Of a stretch of 64,000 nt of DNA, positions 1 through 13,141 are shown piece by piece. The notes under the pieces are model-generated. The model saw only the letters and a program-made list of their open reading frames with translations. It was not told where the DNA came from and did no database searches. The position numbers were made by a program, and so were the translations under genes. Each line of letters begins with the position of its first letter. The first letter of the stretch is position 1. The DNA is from Octopus sinensis (Eukaryota), in assembly GCF_006345805.1 (NCBI RefSeq), contig NC_043008.1, positions 68,882,001 through 68,946,000 of the forward strand. The letters are read 5' to 3'.

Positions 1-67
1 ACACACACACTCACACACACCCATCCATATGTATGTTTACGTATTTACGTATACACGTCTATACGTT

Positions 68-126
<59 letters not shown>

Positions 127-660
127 CTTTATCTGTCTATCTATTTATCTACCTGCCTGTCTACCTACGTACCTATCTACCTGCCTTCCTACCTACCAAT
201 CTACCTGCCTGCTTACCTATCATTTGTCTGTCTGTCTGTCTGTTTGTCTCTATCTATCAATCTTTGTAGATTGATAAATACACACATGCACACGCACACA
301 CACAGACGTATCTTCATATATGTATGGAGAAAGTAAGAGAGAGAAAGAGAGAGAGCGACAAATGTTAATTGAATATGCATAGATAACACATACTTACACA
401 TAAACACACACACACATACAAACGCACACACTCACACACATGTACACATATCGGGAAATTCAGTAATACAAATGTTAATTGAAAATACATACATAGATAC
501 ATACAAACATACATACACATATACATACGTTTGGCTGTGAAAGTGTGAGTAATTCTGTAAATATCTGTATTTCTTCCTCTTATTCTGTTTGCCTATGTGT
601 ATGTGTCTGTATTTATAAATAAATACGTATTGTGTGTGTGTGTGAGTGTGTATATATATA

Positions 661-701
<41 letters not shown>

Positions 702-765
702 TACGTGAGTAGGAATACATGTTTATATATAGATATATGCATAAATTACAACTACAAACGCATAT

Positions 766-810
<45 letters not shown>

Positions 811-908
811 GCATATATATAATATTTGTATATGCCGGTGTATAAATATGTATATGCATATGTATTAACATATATGTTTCTGTACATACATACATATGAA
901 TGTATATA

Positions 909-960
<52 letters not shown>

Positions 961-1063
961 TATATATATATATACATATATATATATTATATATATATAT
1001 ATACATATATATACATATAAACATACCAGCATGTCTGTATGGGTATGTATATGTGTATATATA

Positions 1064-1114
<51 letters not shown>

Positions 1115-1859
1115 AATACGGTCTAATTGATTAATAAGTACGTAGGTAGGTAAATGGATTATAAGCTAAGTAGTTAGTCACGTGACTGAGTGCATATCAG
1201 TTTCGTGTGCGTATGTAAGTGTTTACGTCTTCTGTTAATTTTTCTATTATGTTTGTGCATGTATGTCTACATATGTATGAGCGTATAAGTCTGTATGTGC
1301 ATATATTTCCTATTTATTTGTGTATAAGTGTGAGGGGATTTGAATGTATGTGTGGATGTATATTTGTATATTTGCGTATAAATGGCGTGAATCTGTGTAT
1401 AAATATATCCATACGCACAACCAAACCAATATGAACGATTAATGTCTGTGTTTACAAACGGTAAAAAGTACGCAATACACAAAGCAGAGTGTATGTGTTT
1501 TATTAGAGCACGATGTTGCTTAAATAGTAACATCGAGTTTCAAGTTACCGATTAGTCAAACAACTGATGTGTGAAAACCACTTGTACAACCACGCACACA
1601 CACATAAACCCACATACATATAAATATGCAAAAATGTTCTCACATTCGTCAAGTTATAATTTGCCGTTTAAAATTTCATTAGTTGCCCGGAAAATGTTTT
1701 CAATAGTCATGAACAACAAATCATCACTAGGAGTATTTAGTAGAAAGATTTAGCTGTCACTCTCAAGCGAATACGACCTACTAGCTTGTTCCATGTTTTC
1801 GATATTTGTTTCAGGTGCCTGTGTGATTGTATGCAGTCATAAACATACTCTTAGCGATC

Positions 1860-2070
1860 CAAGAACATAGAGGATGTGACAGCAAGGGTATAAGAAGGCT
1901 ACAGAAGCACTAGCATTGTACTCTTTTACAGCAGAGTAGAATGGCGCAAAGTAAATCGATGTGACTTGCTCTATGGCACATCGCACCGCCTGTTTCAAGA
2001 ATGGAATCCACGAGCTTGGATCCATATGAGTTCAATGCATCTATCCACTTACCAGCGTATCTTCCCGTAT
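1860..2070 (+). mobile_element. Possible degenerate LINE (RTE/L2-like) APE endonuclease fragment
   Basis: A plus frame reads LLAIQEHR (IQEHR-type APE motif) and further on VQCIYPLTS (resembles the Y-x-PT motif). Stops are present. Confidence 0.35.
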
Positions 2071-2224
2071 CTTCAGCCTCATATGTATAAACCACACATA
2101 AAGGATAAAATCAGTTATTTTTAATGAGGTTTTCGTCATGATAATCACATTTCAAAGTATGGCCAATCAATAATATTGTAAAAATCAGTGGAACAAATAA
2201 TAACAGGAATGACAACCTATATTA

Positions 2225-2458
2225 GGCGGTGAGCTGGCAGAAGCGTTAGCACGCCGGGCGAAATGCGTAGCCGTATTTCGTCTGCCGTTACGTTCTGAGT
2301 TCAAATTCCGCCGAGGTCGACTTTGCCTTTCATCCTTTCGGGGTCGATAAATAAAGTACCAGTTACGCACTGGGGTCGATGTAATCGACTTAATCCATCC
2401 CTTTGTCTGTCCTTGTTTGTCCCCTCTATGTTTAGCCCCTTGTGGGCAGTAAAGAAAT
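2225..2458 (+). mobile_element. tRNA-derived SINE family A, near-consensus full copy
   Basis: Head GGCGGTGAGCTGGCAGAAGCGTTAG (A box) and GAGTTCAAATTCC (B box), then body GAGGTCGACTTTGCCTTTCATCCTTTCGGGGTCGATAAA. Recurs more than 12 times in the window. Confidence 0.9.
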
Positions 2459-2824
2459 ATATATTAGGTTGTTGATATTAGGAAAACTTTCAATAAATAA
2501 TGATAGTCAGCTCTGCAAGTATTTAACAATTCTGACCTTTTGTACAAAGTTACACATATTTAGAATAAGATGATATAAATTAATGGGATACTGAGAACAA
2601 AATTTCCGTAGTCACTAAATATAATAAGACGCGTATTGCATGAAGGTAATTTGTTTAATAGATATTAATAGTTAACATACTTTAAACTCCATATATATGT
2701 GGATCGCGAATGGTTTTGCTCATATAGCAGGAAGCAACATACTACATTAATCTTTTAAATAATTGGTAACGTGAAATTTCCCAAGTGTGAAGTGTCAGAT
2801 TGTTTTAACCCCACACACACACAC

Positions 2825-2908
<84 letters not shown>

Positions 2909-2923
2909 ATATATATGTATGCA

Positions 2924-3023
2924 NNNNNNNNNNNNNNNNNNNNNNNNNNNNNNNNNNNNNNNNNNNNNNNNNNNNNNNNNNNNNNNNNNNNNNNNNNNNN
3001 NNNNNNNNNNNNNNNNNNNNNNN
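2924..3023. other. Assembly gap (100 N)
   Basis: Run of exactly 100 N. Confidence 1.
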
Positions 3024-3638
3024 AGAAACTGACAGAGAAAGACAGAGAGTGAATGAAAGAGAGTTGCCTCCCTCGGTATCTGCTGCTGAAGAACACAATT
3101 TCGAAATGCACCCATCAGTCAAATAGCGATCGCTCTGAGCTCGTACGTTTTTGTCTCAAGAGAGAATATTTTCTCCATGGCAAACTGCAATGACAAGCCT
3201 TCACAGGTACCAATATCTTTCACACATTTGAGGTGCATAACAATGATCGTATACACACACACAGAAACACTCCTCCCCCCTACACACAAACACCCCGCCA
3301 CACAAAAACACCTCCCACACACATAGTGTTATAGGTAGTTTGGAAAAAACCCAGCCGTCTCCTCTTGAAGTACATCTGCTTATTCCTATATCACAATCCA
3401 GAATGTCGTTACTTTCCGTTGTATAGATGGAAAGTACATATTATAATTGAAAATTTTGGAAAGAATGTTCGCAAAGTTATTATATGAAAAAAAAAGGTAG
3501 TAAGAAAATTTATTGGTATTATTTATTCATCAATACATGTTGTTTCATTTGCTAATATGAATTACGTTAGCAAACGAGACATGTGTAATATTGAGTAAAT
3601 AATTCCAATAAAATTTTCCAATTTAATGTCTTGTTATA

Positions 3639-3805
3639 GGCGTAGGAGTGGCTGTGTGGTAAGTAGCTTGCTTACCAACCACATGGTTCCTGGTTCATTC
3701 CCACTGCGTGGCACCTTGGGCAAGTGTCTTCTACTATAGCCTCGAGCCGGCCAAAGCCTTGTGAGTGTATTTGGTAGACGGAAACTGAAAGAAGCCCGTC
3801 GTTAT

Positions 3806-3852
<47 letters not shown>

Positions 3853-4027
3853 ATATATATATAATATATATATATTATTATATATATATATCAGAGACCG
3901 ATAGAATAAGTACTAGGCCCTACAAAGAATAAGTCCTGGGGTCGATTTGCTTGACTAAGGCGGTGCTCCATCATGGCCACAGTCAAATGACTGAAACAAA
4001 TAAAAGAGTAAAAGGGTAAAAGAGTAT
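3639..4027 (+). mobile_element. tRNA-derived SINE family B with internal (TA)n
   Basis: Head GGCGTAGGAGTGGCTGTGTGGTAAG...GGTTCATTCCC, body GCACCTTGGGCAAGTGTCTTCTACTATAGCC, tail GGCGGTGCTCCA.CATGGCCACAGTCAAATGACTGAAAC. Matches the copies at 48102, 57356 and 58677. Confidence 0.9.
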
Positions 4028-4137
4028 GATATCTCTCTCTCTCTTTCTAACTCACACATACACATACACACACGCACACTCTCTCTTTCTTTCTCTATGT
4101 ATACATTTCTTTCTTTCTCTCTGTATATATACATATA

Positions 4138-5017
4138 CGGGGTCTGACCAATAAATATCTGGACTGTTGACATAGTAACAAAGCTAAATCACACAGATTG
4201 GATCTGCTTCACAAAGACTGACCTTGAACTTTGCTGTGTTTTAACGTTCTAGCTCACATGCGCTGTTTACAGAAGTGCTAGGAAGCAAGAGGTGTAGCAT
4301 GTGACCGTAGCATTGACCATCACAGAGAAAGTTGTCATGGTGATACCTGCTCAGTGGCCTACGCAAACTTGCAGAAAGTGTATGGAGAGGAGTGCATGAA
4401 TTGCACACAAGTGTACGAGTAGTTCAGACGTTTCTCAAGAAGGCCGCAATAATGTCGATATTGACGAACGTTCTGGGAGATCCACAAGCAGCAGAACTTA
4501 TATATAAACATCGCATATGTGCGTGCAGCTGGAGGGGACATCGTCGAATCACCATCCGTGAGTTATCAGAGGATGTGCAGATTAGTTACGGTTCAGTTCA
4601 GTCCATTATCACTGAATATTTGGGTATGAGACGCGCGTCTGCCAAGTTTTCGCCAAAATTGCTTTCAGCTGAGCAAAAAGACATTCGGGTTTCAATTGCA
4701 CAAGACCTCCTTGATTGTGTTGAGAACGATGTATACGTTTTGAAAACTTCGCGTAGGCCTCTGCGCAGGTATCGCCAAGCTTTCGGTAAAATTTGATGCA
4801 GATTCTCTGTTCTCCTTTCTCTGTCGTAGTCAATGCGGCGATCTCATACTAAACACCTTCCTTCCAAGCAGTGCTGTAAAGAGTAGAATTGAGCTGGATC
4901 GTTAAAGCTTAGCGCGCATGCACAGCAGAGTTGAAGGTCAATCTTTGCGAAGCGGCTTTAATTTGTGTACTTTAGGTTTGTTACTATGGGAACAGTCCGG
5001 ATTGATGAGACAAAACG
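4138..5017 (+). mobile_element. Mariner-derived non-autonomous element with two inverted 5' ends
   Basis: TA at both ends. The plus strand gives AYANLQKVYGEECMN.TQVYE*FRRF..GR..V..DERSGR and then RRITIRELSEDVQISYGSVQSIITEYLGMRRASAKFSPKLL. Positions 4740-5017 are an inverted second 5' end (EKGEQRICIKFYRKLGDTCAEAYAK). Confidence 0.85.
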
Positions 5018-5060
5018 TATATATTGCATATATATGCATATATATATGCATACATACATA

Positions 5061-5094
<34 letters not shown>

Positions 5095-5194
5095 ATATAT
5101 ATATATAGTATATATATATATCTATATATATTATATATATATAATATAATAGTATATGTTTATCTATATGTAGATATATATATGTATATATATG

Positions 5195-5244
<50 letters not shown>

Positions 5245-6266
5245 TAAGAATGTATTTATACATATATGACTATGTATCAATATATGTATATATTTATATA
5301 TAGTTTATATACATACATATGTTTGTATGTATATATATATATATTATATATATATTTTGTACACACACAGGCACAAACACACATATTTAAGCGTGCATAT
5401 CGACACATGCTTATACTTACGTATACATTTACATACATTTAAACACACTCACATACACTCTCACTTATATATTCTCTCACTTATATATTCTCACACTCAC
5501 ACGCACATACGTGCACTCGCATACAAACACACACACACACACACACACACACATATCTTTATATATATATTTGCGTGTTTATGTGTGTGTACGTGTATGC
5601 GTGTGTTTGTGTGCGCTTGCTTGTGTGTGTCAACGCGCGCAAGTGTGTGAACGTGTGTGTATATATAAATCTAAGCCTAATAAAACCTAAATCTTATTTT
5701 ATTTGTATATTTATTTCGCTGCTGCAATTTACTTAAATCTTTCACTATTCTGTGTTCTTTAAGAACTCTCTTAGACGTTGCCATCATACTGCACATTTAA
5801 TGCATCCCGTATAACAAGCAGAAAAAATGCATGTGTGTGCACTTGAAGATATAAATATGTTCTTATGTGTATTATCTACGTATTTGTATACCTATCTATA
5901 TGTACGTCTATCTGCATTTTGTGCATACACATATGTATGTATGTATGCATGTTTGTATGTAGGTGTGTATGTATGTATGTGTGTATGAATATATGTATGT
6001 AGGTATGTATGTATGTATGTATGTATGTGTATGAGTATATGTATGAATGTATTAATGTATGTATGTATATATATACATATAAACATACACATGTATATAT
6101 ATGTATATATATATATATATATGTGTATATATATGCATATGTATATATATACACACATATATATATATATATGAGTATATATATATATACATACATATAA
6201 ATATATTCATTCACACACACACAAACGCACATATATACATACATATAAATATATTCATTCACATAC

Positions 6267-6304
<38 letters not shown>

Positions 6305-6928
6305 GCATACAAATGTACATAAATGTATATACACATGCACACATATACGTCTAAATGATGGTGTTTGAGTATTATGCCCATGTTTCTCTGCTCCCAAGTG
6401 CAATGTTCGAGTGCGCATGTGCATTAAAATGCAATAATGCATTCTCATACTTTTCCTGCCAACCCACATTTGGTTCTAGGTTTGTTTGTCGACGTAAACG
6501 TATTCAGATACATATGTAGAGACACACAAAAGACTAACGCGAGTGCGTGCATCATACACACACACGCACACACACACAGATATATACATTCAGAGACCCA
6601 CATATATCGTCATATATATCAATATATATGAAATTATTTATATATAACAATTTATCAATATATCAATATATACAATTCTTCACTAAGACAGACAAACACA
6701 GACGCTCAGACATATGGATACAAACACACACACCCACACACACAGACAAACACACAGACACAGACACACACACACTAACACACACACATGTTTATACTCA
6801 CATTATTCAGATATACATATATACTTACTTGTGAATAGACGTGAACATACACACGTATGTCTGCATGTGTGTACCTAACTATAAAATCATATTCATATAT
6901 ACATACAAAAATACGTCGATGCACCTAC

Positions 6929-6983
<55 letters not shown>

Positions 6984-7196
6984 CATACATGAATACATAC
7001 ACACACACACACATACATACATACATACATACATACATACATACATGCATACATGCATACATGCATACATACATATATATTCTCACATATTTACATATAT
7101 GTAGTGTATGTAGATATATACACGAAATTATGTATATGTCATTTTTTGTATGTATATGTAATATATTATATATATTATATATATATATATATATAT

Positions 7197-7249
<53 letters not shown>

Positions 7250-7401
7250 GTCTAATGTATATATATATATATATATGCATACACCCTATAAATATTATAT
7301 ATGCATGTACTTATTTTCACATATGTATGCAAATTAAATGTGTATAAATATGTATGTATTATACTTATACACTTGTACGCATTACATACATTAATACATG
7401 C

Positions 7402-7436
<35 letters not shown>

Positions 7437-7455
7437 ATTATATATATATATATAT

Positions 7456-7499
<44 letters not shown>

Positions 7500-7712
7500 T
7501 GTGTGTCGTCAGAATACATGTATGAAAGTCTCTATATCGATACAGAAGCGCAAATCTATAAAATCTATATATGAAAACATTTGCTTATCGTCGTTCACCC
7601 ATGGAGGTGTTTTTCATATGCATGCAAATGAACATTTGTGGTATGTGTATGCATACATACATAAATCCATACATACATACATACTACATACACACACACA
7701 CACACATATATA

Positions 7713-7755
<43 letters not shown>

Positions 7756-8108
7756 ATATTATATATATATATATATATACATGTATATATATGTAGATAG
7801 ATAGATAGATAAATATAGAGATACACATAGATATGGATATACACATAAATATAGATATACACATAGATATGGATATACACACGTAGATGTGTATGTGTGT
7901 GAGGGTGAGAACATGAATTAGGGAGACAGAGGTTGACAAAATGCGCGCATGAGTAGGAGGTTCGGTGAGAGATAGTAGAGGAGGAATAGAAATAAATATT
8001 TAATTCCATCGATGTATAGACAGATGCATATTATATAATTTCAGCTAGATTGGCGTACTGCGATTTGTGGATAGATCGATACATATTAATATAAAGTATA
8101 TACATACA

Positions 8109-8199
<91 letters not shown>

Positions 8200-8596
8200 C
8201 ATATATACATATATAACATAGATATATTGTATATATACATATATATATTATATATATATATTATATATTATTATTCACATATATATATGTATATATATAT
8301 ATGTATATATATAAATTTATATATATATGTATATATCTACATATATATACATATATATATATGTATGTGTATATATATATATATATACGTAAGTATGGAT
8401 ATGTACGTATATACATATATACATGTGTACATGTCAATATGTATATGTCATATATATATATGTCATATATATATATATGTCATATATATGTATATATATA
8501 TATAATATATATATATATATACATGTGTATATGTGTGTGTGTGTGTCTATGCATATATATGAGAGTCTGTGTGTATGCGCGCTTTTGAATGGCTGT

Positions 8597-8652
8597 GTTA
8601 TCTCTGAAGATGGCTTTTAATAGCCGAAACAAACTTTATTTTGTAAGAAAAT
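8597..8652 (+). ncRNA. Type I hammerhead ribozyme motif
   Basis: Stem I TCT/AGA (plus 3 further pairs past an A.A mismatch), core CTGAAGA 8604-8610, extra T, stem II GGCT/AGCC, GAAA 8626-8629, stem III ACAAA/TTTGT, cleavage triplet GUA (8643-8645). Confidence 0.7.
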
Positions 8653-8773
8653 TAAGTATGAATCCTGTATATTCTGCAAGTAAATAGCATTGAATTCTTT
8701 TGAATTGCTGATATCCTAGTCTAACGATTAGGTATTTTCTGACAAAGATACGTACAAACGTACGTACGTTCTT

Positions 8774-8910
8774 ACCTACCTGCCTACCTACCTACCTACC
8801 TACCTACCTACCTACCTACCTACCTACCTACTTACCTACTTACCTACCTACCTACCTACCTACCTACCTACCTACCTACCCACCTACCTACCTACCCACC
8901 TACCTACCTG
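8774..8910. repeat. (CCTA)n tetranucleotide microsatellite
   Basis: More than 30 CCTA units with a few variants. Confidence 0.95.
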
Positions 8911-9199
8911 CCTGCCTAACTACATACATACATATATACATACATATATATGTGTATATATATATACATATATATACATATAGACATGCATACTTAAATA
9001 TCTCTACAGATGTATATATCTCGCTATATATGTACGTATACACCTATCTGTGTGTTTATATAATATCTATATATATTTATATACGTTTATCATTTTATAT
9101 ATGTGTATATATGTATATCGTGTATATACATATGTGCACACATATATATACGTACATATGTACATGTATATATATGTATATACATACATGTATGCTATA

Positions 9200-9237
<38 letters not shown>

Positions 9238-10094
9238 TATAATATACATATATATCCACATTTACGTATATTTGGATATATAGAATACGTATATATGCAT
9301 ACACACACACGCACATACACAAATATACATGTATATATTATGTGTGTGTGTTTGTGTGTGTGTACTGAAAGAGGTAACGGCACAGGGTGAGAGGTAAAGG
9401 GAGCATGAGATAGACAAAAGAGACACAGATAGATATATATAGATAGATAGATACACACATATCTAGAGAGAGAAAATGCTACATGGAGTATTCTTCTTTT
9501 CGAGTTGAAATCGATTAATAGAGCCAGTATCTGATTTATCCGAAGACAGTTTTCCATTTTGATAAATAGATTAAAAATGCTATATCACACAACAGCGGAG
9601 ATGCTTTCTGCAAAACCAAGATATATTGATAAGGTAATTGAATTTTATTTTCATTTTCTAAATACCGGATAACGCAGTTTCCAGCAAGTCAGAGACAATA
9701 AAGGTTCGCAGAGAAAATCATGAAAATGAAGCCAGAAAGTGTATTATCAAATATTTAAATAGTTGAAAAATAAAATGAAAAATATATAAAGATACATGTT
9801 ATTATTCATGGAATTGAAGGTAAAATAAGTTAAACTTTATCACCTCGAGAAGTTTCAATTAACGAATTGTCGATGGCAGTTTAAGTTGGTCGTGACCTGA
9901 GATCGTGTCACTTAGATGATACGTTATGGTAATTTTTGCTCATGTGGTTGTTGTTGTTGTTATCGATGTTGTGGTTGTTGTTGTTGGTGCTGGTGTTTTG
10001 TGCGCTGCAGGTCAGTCCAGATAAAAGCAAAACTGCGATCAAATGAGTTCTAACCGTAACAAACCGACCGTTTTCTTTTCAGACATATTCTATT

Positions 10095-10522
10095 TAGTAT
10101 TACATAACAAAATGCTTTCAACATCATATTTTAAGACTGCGGTGTGATTTGAGGAAAATTTGGCTATTACCTCTGGTAGGTCAATTAACCACATTGAATC
10201 TTTATCAAATGGTTCGTATTTGTCGGTGTCCAGCTGTCCACTCGTAGACGAATGAGGGTTTTGCAAATACACGCTGAACTGCTTGCACAGATGACTTGTT
10301 TATAGCACTCAAATGCTTGTGCTATATATTGGCTCACACCATTCATGAAATTGACTCTCCCTGTACATGTGCACTGTGCGCCATACGTCAAGTGTGGAAG
10401 TCATCGCAGCGCAGTGTGGGTGGCAGTCTTTTGCTCAAGAACACAAATTACTGCCTAATCCGGGAACCGAATCGAACCTTTGATCTCACAATCGTGAGAG
10501 CAACACTTTAACTAGTTGACCA
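10095..10522 (-). mobile_element. tRNA-derived SINE (third family), degenerate
   Basis: The reverse complement starts GGTCAACTAGTTAAAGTG...AAAGGTTCGATTC (A/B-box-like) and ends with the tail CCAAATTTTCCTCAAATCACACC. Similar tails occur near 11830-11900 (-) and 17400 (+). Confidence 0.6.
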
Positions 10523-10523
10523 A

Positions 10524-10562
<39 letters not shown>

Positions 10563-11349
10563 GTATGTATATATATATTATATATATATATATTATATAT
10601 ATATATATGCACACACGTGTGTGTATTTGTTTGTGTGTGTATGCAAGTGCAATTACGGCAACAACAACAATTACCCATCCTTCCTAAGTCGCATAGATGA
10701 AAAGAACTCCAAATTTTGTGTAATTGAAAGTAAAATGTTGGGAAAACAGTATCAAACAGAAGATCTTTGACAAACCCAGGTCTTGCAAAATTGGAAGTAA
10801 ATGATGTCGTCAGTACACAGTAGAAAACAGGAAAATCCTCAGAAACATTCAGAACAAAGATCTTTATTGGAACACGAAATCAGATATATTCGGGAAATGC
10901 TGTCGTTTTGTCATGAAAAAGCACTTACAGCGCAACTGGAAAACACCACTTTCACTCGACAGGAAACATATATATGTACAAAAATTCGATATTTCTTTCT
11001 TTGAGAGCTTCTTTACTTGCTTTTCTTTCCTAACTTTTAATCTATCCTTTACTTGTTTTATTTCTCCTTCCTACAACTATCTTCCCAATCTCACACGTTA
11101 TTATGTTCTCTTCCATACTTTATCACGCTGAACTGTTTTGATTCCATCTCAGTTTCAAACAGATATATGGTTTTTCCTGCAGCTTCAATGCTACAGCAGA
11201 AATATTGAAGAGAAATACCTCATGCAGCCTTCGATTGCATTATTCACCTTAACCGAAAGCAGAAAAGACAAAATGAAAAATATATATATCTTTGAAATAT
11301 TTCCTATAATGTTACATACCATGTACAGTTAATTAAAGACAGAAGAGTG

Positions 11350-11740
11350 AAACCGTGAAACGAATGACAGCCCACATAATAAATTACTTGCATTGTTTCA
11401 TAAAGATAGATACATAACTCCGTAGTGAGTAATAGGTATTGTTAATATTACATACCCAGCATTATATGATACATATTTGGGGCTAATAAAGTTATTGGTG
11501 CGGTTACATCCATTTATATTTGCATGCCTTGTTTTCTCGTTTGTCCGCAAAAACAATGTTCTTAAGATGGCGTTTGTGGGGTGTACCTGGATTAGGAGAT
11601 TTCTGCAGCAAAAAATCAGTTCCACTTGGCTGTCTATGTAGTCATTGGTTGTTTAAAGTAGTTCATTTATTGTATGTAATATCTGGCTGTTATCGTACAA
11701 CGATGCTGGTTTGGGTACCTTCAAATTTATAGTAGTTCGT
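11350..11740 (-). mobile_element. Possible highly decayed Penelope-like linker/GIY-YIG fragment
   Basis: The minus strand gives KACKYKW ... ICII*CWVCN...YSLRSYVSIFMKQ, loosely like IYxIxCxxC..YIGxT..LRxR..H.Q. Several stops. Confidence 0.25.
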
Positions 11741-12771
11741 TCTTCTTGTTACTGTGTAGCCCAATATCAATTATGGTCGAGCAGACCGATGATTAAAGGC
11801 TTTCCACATATGACTATCCGGTCTTATTGTATATCAGAGCCTATATTATACAGTGTCCTTTCTTTTAAACGTTATGGTGTTCTTTGAGAAAGATTTGCCC
11901 TCTGTTTTCAAGAAGATGGAGCAACCAATTAGAGGTGGGTACATTGAAAGGTCTGGTATAACCCCACTTGGCTCTAACATAAGGCTTGTACGCAAGTGTT
12001 GCTTGAATGGCGTCGCTGAAAAAAATAAACAGCGTTCACAGCCATGGTTTAACTTGCTATGAAATGCAAACAAATTTGTGTAACTACTTTGTTTACTTTC
12101 ACACTGCGATTAAAATAGCATTTTTATTATATTTGGGAAGACACATAATTAATAAAGCCTACAAACACATTCAACGGTTGTTGCTTGTCTATATCTTATT
12201 TCTTTTTCTTTTTCTGAGTAGATATTTGTTTATGTTCTTCCAAAATATGTTCCACTACAGCCATCTATAGCCTTCTCATCGAGTGTATATATATTTTTTC
12301 TTTTAAATGCTTTTTAATTTTAGTTTTCAACTGATTTTACCGTTGATATGTCTCTATACTATGTGTTCTTTCAAAAGAAAAAAAAAATGTACACCCATTG
12401 AAAATGTTATAGATCGATGTAGTGAAACATATTTTGGAGGGATGGGGTTGGGACATAAACAAACAACTACTTCAGTAAAAGAAAATGAACTAAAATCTAC
12501 GCAAACAATAACGGGTGGTGTGTGTTTATAGGCTTTATAGATTATGACTATTCCCCAATATGACATTATTGATTTCAAACATGGTCTCAAATAAAAATTC
12601 TTTCAAAACAAATCCCAAGTCTCTAAAATTGTAAGTTTATTATGGCTGTGTGGTTAAGAAGCTAGCTTTGCAACCTTGTGGTTTCGGGTTCAGATGCTGC
12701 TCAAATGTTATTTATAAGTGTTCAGGATTGTTTGCAATCCGTTATTAAGTTGTCAAATGAAAAGAAAGGCT

Positions 12772-13076
12772 TGGCACGCCGGGCGAATTGCCTAGCGGTA
12801 TTTCGTCTGTCTTTACGTTGTGAGTTCAAATTCCGCCAAGGTCGACTTTGCCATTCATCCTTTCGGGGTCGATAAATTAAGTACCAGTTGCGTACTGAAG
12901 TCGATCTAATAGACTGGTCCCCCCCCCCAAAAAAAAATTTCGGGCCTTGTGCCTAGAGTGGGAAAAATATTAAGTGATGTTTATCATACATAAAGAAATT
13001 CATTTTTAACGCAGTGAGCAGGCAGAAACGTTAGCACGCCGGGCGAAATGCTTAGCGGTATATCGTCTGCCGTTAC
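12772..13076 (+). mobile_element. SINE family A, 5'-truncated copy followed by a second head fragment
   Basis: GCACGCCGGGCG..GAGTTCAAATTCCGCC..CATCCTTTCGGGGTCGATAAATTAAGTACCAG, then a new head at 13011-13076. Confidence 0.85.

Positions 13077-13138
<62 letters not shown>

Positions 13139-13141
<3 letters not shown>

Noticed and set aside
10460-10522. tRNA-like sequences (also the heads of SINE A, B and the 39151 family)
   Set aside because: They have A/B boxes but no complete cloverleaf or acceptor stem, and they run on into SINE bodies. They are not tRNA genes.
10083-12062. LRR- and GPCR-like peptide snippets and 65-75-aa ORFs (e.g. 11853-12062, PILYS, ALYDTYLG)
   Set aside because: They need many frame switches and overlap SINE body/tail sequence on the opposite strand. 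There is no coherent exon structure.
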